Positions 57,040 through 64,000 of a DNA stretch of 64,000 nt are shown here, piece by piece. This stretch comes from a bacterium (GTDB taxonomy: Bacteria; Patescibacteriota; Patescibacteriia; JAGPKW01): the NCBI GenBank assembly GCA_021780535.1, contig JAJXYN010000009.1:5631-69630 (forward strand), read 5' to 3'. The first letter of the stretch is position 1; each line of letters starts with the position of its first letter. Below the pieces are notes generated by a model that searched no databases, was not told where the DNA came from, and saw nothing but the letters and a program-made list of their open reading frames with translations. The translations under genes and the position numbers were made by a program.

Positions 57040-57429
57040 ATGACTCAATTAAATCAAGTTTATAGATGTGCTATTTGTGGCAACATAATAGAAGTTGTTC
57101 ACGCAGCTGGCGGTGAATTAGTTTGCTGTGGACACGTAATGGAATTGCAAGAAGAAAAAACCGAACATCAAGAATTCTCTACAGAAAAACATATTCCTCA
57201 AATAGAGAAAACTGAAAATGGTTACAAAATAAAAATAGGATCTATCGCACACCCAATGGAAGATGCTCATTATATAGAGTTTGTAGAAATATTTACAAAA
57301 GATGGAAAAGTAGGAAAAAAATTTTTAAAACCAGGCGATTTACCAGAAGTTGAATTTAATACAAAATCTGAAATTATACTTGTAAGAGAATATTGCAATA
57401 TTCATGGATTATGGATTAAAAAAATATAA
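57040..57429 (+). CDS. dfx: Desulfoferrodoxin (2Fe superoxide reductase)
   Basis: N-terminal desulforedoxin site (CAICGN…CCGH). C-terminal SOR centre (H…HPMEDAHYIEF…CNIHGLW). 129 aa. Confidence 0.85.
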   Translation: MTQLNQVYRCAICGNIIEVVHAAGGELVCCGHVMELQEEKTEHQEFSTEKHIPQIEKTENGYKIKIGSIAHPMEDAHYIEFVEIFTKDGKVGKKFLKPGDLPEVEFNTKSEIILVREYCNIHGLWIKKI

Positions 57430-57458
57430 TTTGGTTCGACAAAAAATAATTTTAATTT

Positions 57459-58145
57459 ATGCAAAAAAAAGAAATTATAGTTTTCTCTATAGGTGGATCT
57501 TTAATTGTTCCAAATAAAATTGATACTAACTTTTTAAAAAATTTTAGAAAACTAATCCTAAAATTAATAAATAATAATAAAAAAATTATTATTATTGCTG
57601 GTGGTGGCAAAACTGCTAGAGATTATATGAACGCAGCTAGTTCCATTATTAAGATAAAAGAAAATGATAAAGATTGGCTTGGTATTCATGCAACTAGACT
57701 TAATGCCCACCTTCTTAAAACTATCTTTTTTAAAGAAGCTCATGCTAATGTTATAAAAAATCCAAATTCTAAAATTAATTTTGAAGAAGATATTTTAATA
57801 GCCTCTGGATGGGAACCTGGATGTTCTACTGATTATGATGCTGTACTAATTGCGAAAAATTTAGGTGCTAAAAAATTAGTAAATCTTTCTAATATTGATT
57901 ACGTTTATAATAAAGATCCTAATAGATTTAAGGATGCTAAAAAAATAAAAGAAATAAATTGGAAAGAGTTTAGAAAATTATTACCAAAAAAATGGTCTCC
58001 TGGATTAAATTCCCCGTTTGATCCTGTTGCTGCTAAAGAATCTGAAAAAATAAATTTAGAAGTTGCAATATTAAATGGTAAAAAAATGAAAAATTTAGAA
58101 AATTATTTAGAAAATAGAAAATTTAATGGAACTATTATAAAATAA
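57459..58145 (+). CDS. pyrH: Amino-acid-kinase-fold enzyme, most likely UMP kinase (archaeal-type PyrH)
   Basis: IVFSIGGSLIVPN…IIIIAGGGKTARDYMNAASS…WLGIHATRLNAHLL matches the UMPK glycine-rich and substrate-binding blocks. 228 aa. Confidence 0.6.
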   Translation: MQKKEIIVFSIGGSLIVPNKIDTNFLKNFRKLILKLINNNKKIIIIAGGGKTARDYMNAASSIIKIKENDKDWLGIHATRLNAHLLKTIFFKEAHANVIKNPNSKINFEEDILIASGWEPGCSTDYDAVLIAKNLGAKKLVNLSNIDYVYNKDPNRFKDAKKIKEINWKEFRKLLPKKWSPGLNSPFDPVAAKESEKINLEVAILNGKKMKNLENYLENRKFNGTIIK

Positions 58146-58179
58146 AAAGAATTGGATCTAGGCCAATTCTTTTTATTTT
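58146..58179 (+). terminator. Rho-independent terminator after the pyrH-like gene
   Basis: AAGAATTGG-atctagg-CCAATTCTT plus TTTATTTTT. Confidence 0.55.
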
Positions 58180-58467
58180 TAAAGAAACAATCTTATTACT
58201 GATAAATTTTTTAGATATAATAAACAAAATGAGATCATCGTAAATCAGAGAGACTATTATTTCTTTTAAAGATGTTGTAGAATTGTACTAGAAAATGGTT
58301 TATTTTGATTTAGTTAAGTAAAATTTAAATAATAATATTTTTTCCGCCATATTCCGCACCAATTTTGATATCAAAGGAGCTTCATAAGGACTACAAAAAT
58401 ATTATTATTTAAATTTACTAAAAAATATATTACCAAAAAACACTATTTAGCTATTAATATAATAACT

Positions 58468-59454
58468 ATGAAAAAAAGAATATTTTCTGGTATTCAGCCT
58501 TCTGGCAATCTTCATATCGGTAATTATCTTGGCTCTATTTATAACTGGGTTAATCTTCAAAATGATTTTGATTGTCTTTTTTGTATTGTTAATTTACATG
58601 CTATAACAGTTAACCAAGATCCTAAAACTTTAAGAGACAAGACCAAAGAAATAGCCGCTATTTATTTGGCGTGTGGAATCGACCCAGTTAAATCTCATAT
58701 TTTCATTCAATCAGATGTTAAAGAACATGCGGAACTTATGTGGCTTCTTAATACTCAAGCTTATTTTGGAGAACTTTCCCGCATGACTCAATTTAAAGAC
58801 AAGAGTGATAAATTTAAAAATGAAAATATTCCTCTTGGTATTTTTAATTACCCTATTTTAATGGCTGCTGATATCTTACTTTACAATACTGAGCTTGTAC
58901 CTGTTGGTGAAGACCAAAAACAACACGTTGAATTAACTAGAGATTTAGCTAAAAGATTTAATAATAAATTTGGCGAAACTTTTAAAGAACCTGAGCCTTA
59001 TATATTAAAAGATGGAGCAAAAATTATGGGACTTGATAATCCTGATAAAAAAATGAGTAAATCTGCAGAATCTGCATACAACTATATTTCTTTAATTGAT
59101 TCTGATGATGATATTATTAGAAAGATTAAGAAAGCGGCTACCGATTCTGAAAATGGTATTAAATTTGATAAGAACAGAAAGGGCTTGCATAATCTTTTAA
59201 CTATTTACAAAATGTTCTCTTTGAAATCTGAAAAGGAAATTGAAAAAGAATTTGAAAATAAAGGATATGGCGATTTTAAAAAAGCTTTAGCTGAAGAAAT
59301 TATTGAAAATATTTCTCCAATTAGAGAAAAGATTAAAGAAATATTAAAGGAAAAAAAATATCTTGATAAAATTTTAGAAGATGGTGCTAATTATGCTAGG
59401 AATATTGCTGAGAAAAAAATTATAGAAGTTAAAAAGAAAATGGGAATAATATAA
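58468..59454 (+). CDS. trpS: Tryptophanyl-tRNA synthetase
   Basis: Class I motifs: HIGN (GNLHIGNYLG) and KMSKS. TrpS-specific GIQPSG start. 328 aa. Confidence 0.92.
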   Translation: MKKRIFSGIQPSGNLHIGNYLGSIYNWVNLQNDFDCLFCIVNLHAITVNQDPKTLRDKTKEIAAIYLACGIDPVKSHIFIQSDVKEHAELMWLLNTQAYFGELSRMTQFKDKSDKFKNENIPLGIFNYPILMAADILLYNTELVPVGEDQKQHVELTRDLAKRFNNKFGETFKEPEPYILKDGAKIMGLDNPDKKMSKSAESAYNYISLIDSDDDIIRKIKKAATDSENGIKFDKNRKGLHNLLTIYKMFSLKSEKEIEKEFENKGYGDFKKALAEEIIENISPIREKIKEILKEKKYLDKILEDGANYARNIAEKKIIEVKKKMGII

Positions 59455-59493
59455 AAAATAGCAGATTTTAATGATCTGCTATTTTATTTTTTT
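59455..59493. terminator. Hairpin terminator between trpS (+) and the methyltransferase gene (-)
   Basis: AAAATAGCAGAT-tttaatg-ATCTGCTATTTT plus T-run. Confidence 0.5.
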
Positions 59494-60290
59494 AATATTG
59501 AAATTATATTTCTTGCTTCTAAAATATTTTTATCATCAGTAAGTTTGTTTTCTAAAATTTCAAAACTGTTTTTTACAAATAGATTTCTAAGCTCTATTTT
59601 ATTAAATGCATAATAATATCTTTTTGAAAGTAATTCCCCTTTACTATTTTTCCATGGTATAAAGGTGTCTTTTAGATTGAAACTAAAGTTATCCAACCAA
59701 TTAAATTTTTCTTTTTTTATATCGCTAATTGATCTCTGATTTATATTTTTATATTTATTAACATCAAACAAATACTTTATGTATTTTAATTGAAACAAAT
59801 TCCAACTTGTCATCATAAGTAACCCTTCTTTTTTTAATACTCTGTAAATATTTTTTAACCCTTTGTTTCTTGTTTCTTTTGATGGTAAATGATGAAATAT
59901 TGCTATACAAAAAACTATATCAAATTCTTCTTCTTTAAAATTTGATAAATTTAAAATATCACCCATTTCAAAATGAATTGAATTTTTTTTATTAACGCGA
60001 TTTGCTTCTGTATTTTTCAATGCTTCATTTATCTGGCCTTCTGAGTTGTCTATTCCTTTATACTCATAATTTATGCCTAGCAATTTTAAAAAATTTATTA
60101 ATCTACCATTACCACAACCTATATCTAAAACTTTTAATTTGTAATTTTTTGGTTTTAAAAATAAATATTCAAGAATATATTTTTTAAATAAATCAAATTC
60201 TCTCCAATCATTCTGACGAGTTACATTAAAATTTGAAGATATTATATTATAATCATTTTTTACTTTTTCGAGTATTTCTTTTTCTTTCAT
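59484..60290 (-). CDS. Class I SAM-dependent methyltransferase
   Basis: Motif I VLDIGCGNGRL. 268 aa. Substrate unknown. Confidence 0.7.
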   Translation of the reverse strand: MKEKEILEKVKNDYNIISSNFNVTRQNDWREFDLFKKYILEYLFLKPKNYKLKVLDIGCGNGRLINFLKLLGINYEYKGIDNSEGQINEALKNTEANRVNKKNSIHFEMGDILNLSNFKEEEFDIVFCIAIFHHLPSKETRNKGLKNIYRVLKKEGLLMMTSWNLFQLKYIKYLFDVNKYKNINQRSISDIKKEKFNWLDNFSFNLKDTFIPWKNSKGELLSKRYYYAFNKIELRNLFVKNSFEILENKLTDDKNILEARNIISILKK

Positions 60291-60425
60291 GTTATTTTAA
60301 TATTTCTTCTTTTATATTTTTTTATATTAATTCTATACCAGAACAATTATATACAAAAACTCAAATAAACACTACTTGATTTTTTATATTTTTTATGATA
60401 TTTATTATTATAAGGAGTTTACAGA

Positions 60426-60718
60426 TGACTAAGCATGAGCTAAGGTTTCCCAACCCCGACAACGAGAACGACGTCTATACTGTTGAATGCGACGAACAAC
60501 TGTTCGACAGAATGATGCTCGGGCTAGAGTATTCCCCACTAAATACTGGGGGATTTGGATTTTTTGCCTCATTTACTACTCACTTCTCAAAATATAACGA
60601 GAATGAGGATCTCTATTGGATGGAAGTATCCCTAAAACGAGAAGTGGATTTCCAACCCGGAGAGCTGGAAGTATTTCTCCAAATGCTTCTCCATACTGGA
60701 TGGAGAATCGTAAACTAA
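60426..60718 (+). CDS. Orphan 97-aa acidic protein encoded by a strongly GC-elevated cassette (likely true start ATG 60426; the ORF track gives 60395)
   Basis: TAAGGAG about 9 nt upstream of ATG 60426 (MTKHELRFPNPDNENDVYTVECDEQLFDRMM…). GC about 45-48% in sampled 60-nt windows against about 25% for neighbours. Own terminator. Confidence 0.5.
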
Positions 60719-60733
60719 GTCATTGTCATATAT

Positions 60734-60760
60734 GACCGCGAAACAAAGCGGTCTTTTTTA
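60734..60760 (+). terminator. Rho-independent terminator of the GC-rich cassette
   Basis: GACCGC-gaaacaaa-GCGGTC plus TTTTTTA. Confidence 0.65.
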
Positions 60761-60801
60761 TTCTCTTTCATTTTTGATTTTATTTTGTTATTATTTACTC
60801 T

Positions 60802-62451
60802 ATGAGCTTAACAAGAAACCAACAACTTACATTAGAATTATATAATAATCTAAACAACATAAGTACTGTTGAGGATTTTGTATTAGCAAAAAAAAAGATT
60901 TTTGGCCAAGACAAAATAGACCCCCCATCTAATTCTGACACACTAAAAATATATAATGAATTATTGGATTTAAAAATTATTAGCTCTAATGATAAATTTG
61001 AAAAATTTTGTAAAAAACATAAAGTTAGAACTCTTTCTGGTGTTTCTGTTATTGCTATTTTAACAGAAGAAAGACCTTGTCCTGGAAATTGTGCGTTTTG
61101 CCCGACCGAACCAGATATGCCGAAAAGCTATCTTTCTAATGAGCCAGCCGTAATGAGAGCTATAAAATGTAATTTTGATGCTTATGCCCAAATTAGAGCA
61201 AGATTGCATGCTCTTAAAATTAATGGCCATGATACTTCCAAAAATGAAATTATTATAATGGGCGGAACGTGGTCATATCTTGAACATGAATATCAAGAAA
61301 GATTTATTTTAGGAATGTTCCAAGGGTTAAATGAAGGAATAAGAATGGATGATAACAACCTTCTGCCAATAAGAATGGATGAGAAATTAATTAAAAAAAT
61401 AAAACTAGAACAGCAAAAAAATGAAATTAGTGATAATAGATGTGTTGGGCTAACTCTTGAAACTAGACCTGATTATATAGATGAAAGAGAATTAATAAGA
61501 ATGAGAGAATTTGGATGCACAAGAATTGAAATAGGTGTCCAGACAATATTTGATGATATTGCTATATTAAATAAAAGAGGTCATTTGGTTGATAAAACAA
61601 TAAAAGCAACAAAATTAATGAAAGATGCTGGGTTTAAAATCTGTTATCACATGATGCCAAATTTGCCAGGTTCAACAATAGAAAAAGATATAAAAATGTT
61701 TGATGAATTATATAATAATTCTGATTTTAAACCTGATATGGTAAAAATCTATCCTTGTGTTGTTGTAAAAAATGCTGAGATATATAAATGGATGCTTGAT
61801 GGCACTTATACACCATATACAGATCAGGAATTGTCTGACTTATTAATTGAAGTAAAAAAAATAACACCTTATTGGGTTAGAATTAATAGACTAATAAGAG
61901 ATATACCGTCAACTTCAATAGAGGGTGGAAACAAAATACCAAATCTTAGAGAAGTTGTTCTTAGAAAAATGCAAAAATCTGGATTAAAATGTAACTGCAT
62001 AAGATGTAGAGAAATTAGAGATAAGGACTTTGATATTGATGATGTAGATTTATTTATAGAAGAATATAAAGCAAGTGATGGAATAGAATACTTTTTAAGC
62101 TTTGAAGATAAATCTAGAAATAATATATTTTCATTTTTAAGATTAAGGATTCCCTCTCAATACTTTTCCCACGAAAAACACTTTATAAAAGAATTAGAAA
62201 ATGCAGCGATTATAAGAGAAATTCATACATATGGAGAAGTCGTTTCTATAAATGATAAAAATAAAAAAGAAGATACTCAACATATTGGTTTTGGAAGAAA
62301 ATTAATTTCTGCAGCTTTTGAAATAATTAAAGAAAAATATCCTTCAATAAAAAATATTGCTGTTATTTCTGGTGTTGGTGTTCGTAGCTATTATAAAAAG
62401 AATGGATTTGAACTTGTTGGAACTTATATGATAAAAAAAATAGAAAATTAA
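60802..62451 (+). CDS. elp3: Elp3-family radical SAM plus GNAT acetyltransferase (tRNA U34 modification enzyme homologue)
   Basis: Radical-SAM Cys cluster (RPCPGNCAFCP), central TIM-like region, C-terminal GNAT with HIGFGRKLISAAFEI. 549 aa. Confidence 0.8.
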   Translation: MSLTRNQQLTLELYNNLNNISTVEDFVLAKKKIFGQDKIDPPSNSDTLKIYNELLDLKIISSNDKFEKFCKKHKVRTLSGVSVIAILTEERPCPGNCAFCPTEPDMPKSYLSNEPAVMRAIKCNFDAYAQIRARLHALKINGHDTSKNEIIIMGGTWSYLEHEYQERFILGMFQGLNEGIRMDDNNLLPIRMDEKLIKKIKLEQQKNEISDNRCVGLTLETRPDYIDERELIRMREFGCTRIEIGVQTIFDDIAILNKRGHLVDKTIKATKLMKDAGFKICYHMMPNLPGSTIEKDIKMFDELYNNSDFKPDMVKIYPCVVVKNAEIYKWMLDGTYTPYTDQELSDLLIEVKKITPYWVRINRLIRDIPSTSIEGGNKIPNLREVVLRKMQKSGLKCNCIRCREIRDKDFDIDDVDLFIEEYKASDGIEYFLSFEDKSRNNIFSFLRLRIPSQYFSHEKHFIKELENAAIIREIHTYGEVVSINDKNKKEDTQHIGFGRKLISAAFEIIKEKYPSIKNIAVISGVGVRSYYKKNGFELVGTYMIKKIEN

Positions 62452-62474
62452 CATGATTTTCTATTTTTTATTTT

Positions 62475-62681
62475 TTAATGAACTAATAAATAAAATATGT
62501 AATCTATATTCATAAATATCCATATACCCAATACTCCAAATATAGCTAATAATATACTTTGTATTATACTTTGTGGACTAACCGTTGCTTTATAAATTAT
62601 TAAAATAAGCGCTATTATTATAATAACCCTCATAAACTCATTTTGATTCATAAACATTGTCATACTATCTTGCCAGCCCAT
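62475..62681 (-). CDS. Small two-TM hypothetical membrane protein
   Basis: 68 aa, two hydrophobic helices. Confidence 0.35.
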   Translation of the reverse strand: MGWQDSMTMFMNQNEFMRVIIIIALILIIYKATVSPQSIIQSILLAIFGVLGIWIFMNIDYIFYLLVH

Positions 62682-62906
62682 ATATTTTTAGCTTATATAT
62701 GCATAATATTTATCATAAAAAACACAATAAGTCAACCCACTATCACAAAAGTTATGATAATAAAAACAAAAAAAGACCGAAACCTTTTTTATAGAAGTTG
62801 TTTCTAAAAACTAATTTAATAATTTTTAGGAATAACCCCTATAATATAGAAACGGTCTTTTCTTAATTGAATTAGTGCTAATATTTTCATATCAGATTTG
62901 TGAATA

Positions 62907-63049
62907 CTCATTCAACCAAGAATTGTTAATACTAGGCTTTTAATCTAGTAAGAACAATTCTTGGTTGAACCAAAGCGTTAAATAAATAACGTCTTCACTA
63001 TATTGCGGATATTATTCGCAATATTGCTCATTCAACTAAGAATTGTTCC
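62907..63049. repeat. Iteron-like cluster: 17-21-bp motif TCAAC(C/T)AAGAATTGTT in forward, reverse and forward copies, plus additional short palindromes
   Basis: ctcattcaaccaagaattgtt (62907), aacaattcttggttgaac (62953, reverse), ctcattcaactaagaattgtt (63029). ATATTGCG/CGCAATAT palindrome at 63001-63025. Lies in a 580-bp non-coding stretch. Confidence 0.55.
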
Positions 63050-63279
63050 TTCTAGATTGCTTTTGTATTAATGCTAAATTTTTTAATGTTCTAACTTTAT
63101 TACATTTAGTATTATAGCATTTTTTTGACTTTATGTCTATAATATTACTCTACTAAACATAAAAATAGCTCAAATTGGCTATTTTTTTAGAACACAATTT
63201 TTGAACAATAATACAATTTCTTCGATTTATGATGTGCTAAAACAAACAACAAACTCAATAATATTATTTTACACTATTA

Positions 63280-63762
63280 TTATCCCTCCATTATATGATG
63301 TTTTCTATATTCTAATATTGTTAAATAAACTATTATAATATCAATTATTATCAATATCAATATAGAAAAAGAATGACCCACAAAAAGTTTATAAACTTCA
63401 TATAATAAAAATAGTATAAATACTGCTATTGCTATTGGATATATTTTATATTGTCTTTTAAAAAGAAAGCCTACTAAAATTATCTTTATTATACCGTGTG
63501 ATAATAGATAAAAAATCCAAAATGTGTTTGCGCTTATTGAGTACCCATGAGATGCTTTAATTAAAAAATTAGCTATTATATCTTTTGGATCTTCTGTTAT
63601 CTCTTGGCTTGTAAAAACTGATATTAATTTTATAATTTGTTCTGGTTTTATTATTATTAGTAATAAGCCAGAAAATATCTCTAATACTGCATTTAAACTT
63701 TTTAAAACTAGAGCTACACCAAATAATCTATCTAGATTTAATTTATTTATATTAATCTTCAT
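63280..63762 (-). CDS. Hypothetical polytopic membrane protein (DUF2127-like?)
   Basis: 160 aa, 4 predicted TM helices. Confidence 0.5.
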   Translation of the reverse strand: MKININKLNLDRLFGVALVLKSLNAVLEIFSGLLLIIIKPEQIIKLISVFTSQEITEDPKDIIANFLIKASHGYSISANTFWIFYLLSHGIIKIILVGFLFKRQYKIYPIAIAVFILFLLYEVYKLFVGHSFSILILIIIDIIIVYLTILEYRKHHIMEG

Positions 63763-63880
63763 ATTTATATATTATTTTTCATTATTTAATATTATATATT
63801 ACGTTTGACTTATTATTAAACTTCTTCTGTTAATAAGTTTGTGATATATTTAAAAGCAAGATAATTAATACACACAACAC

Positions 63881-64000
63881 CATGTTTAAAACAGAACCAC
63901 TTAAGAATGCTGATAAGGAAATTTTTGCTTTAATAAATAAAGAAACAGAGAGACAATTAGAAACTATACGTTTAATTCCATCTGAGAATTATGCTAGTAC
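63881..64000 (+). CDS. glyA: Serine hydroxymethyltransferase, N-terminal fragment (runs off the window end)
   Basis: MFKTEPLKNADKEIFALINKETERQLETIRLIPSENYAS matches the SHMT N-terminus (D-x-E-I-…-E-x-x-R-Q-…-L-I-A-S-E-N). Not in the ORF track because it is truncated. Confidence 0.75.

Noticed and set aside
58146-58467. T-box riboswitch upstream of trpS
   Set aside because: The 320-bp leader lacks the conserved T-box sequence (AGGGUGGNACCGCG) and a specifier-loop architecture. Only a terminator for the upstream gene is evident.
1-64000. Host-wide alternative genetic code (UGA = Gly, code 25)
   Set aside because: Long housekeeping ORFs are uninterrupted under the standard code, and checked stops are TAA. 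The single in-frame TGA is confined to the GC-anomalous DUF218 gene, so recoding, if real, would reflect the donor and not the host.

Overview
The window is very AT-rich (about 25-28% GC by eye), gene-dense and compact. Its content points to a small-genome, anaerobic, CPR/Patescibacteria-like bacterium using the standard genetic code: long ORFs all end at TAA/TAG/TGA.

Recognisable core genes, all on the minus strand unless noted:
- A dcw cluster (mraZ-rsmH-ftsL-ftsI, ftsI cut by the window start) with a putative MraZ operator.
- radA, rfbC-rfbB-rfbD, a CCA-adding enzyme, a Trx-CcdA fusion and a small thioredoxin.
- Plus-strand: a split GlcDEF/Hdr-like redox module.
- A glycosyltransferase/polysaccharide locus (GT4, GT2, GT2, flavodoxin).
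- tRNA-Thr(CGU) on the plus strand, lysS, and a rearranged secE-nusG-rplK-[membrane ORF]-rplA block.
- A complete type IV pilus cluster (pilM-N-O-B-C-pilin), ogt, recG.
- tRNA-Ser(UGA) on the plus strand, an ECF sigma/anti-sigma pair, surface proteins with tandem repeats, a PAP2 phosphatase, engB.
- Plus-strand genes capA-like, desulfoferrodoxin, pyrH-like, trpS, an Elp3 homologue and a truncated glyA start; a minus-strand SAM methyltransferase.

Structures worth a second look:
1. An accessory island directly 3' of tRNA-Ser (46.1-49.3 kb). It holds an HNH-nuclease protein, a class III nucleotidyl-cyclase-like palm protein and small Zn-ribbon/tail-anchored partners, and has no integrase. This is my best candidate for an undescribed defence or signalling module.
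2. Two compositionally foreign, clearly higher-GC insertions. One (27.2-28.8 kb) carries a TIM-barrel-like gene and a DUF218-like gene that starts at a strong SD+GTG and is interrupted by a single in-frame TGA. The other (60.4-60.76 kb) is a 97-aa acidic gene with its own SD and terminator.
3. A 1293-aa lysine-rich cytoplasmic giant protein next to radA.
4. Several unusual non-coding elements: a 30-bp inverted repeat with a palindromic core, an iteron-like F-R-F motif cluster, and a shared upstream motif.

All calls rest on motif-level reading of the supplied translations and sequence. No database search was run.
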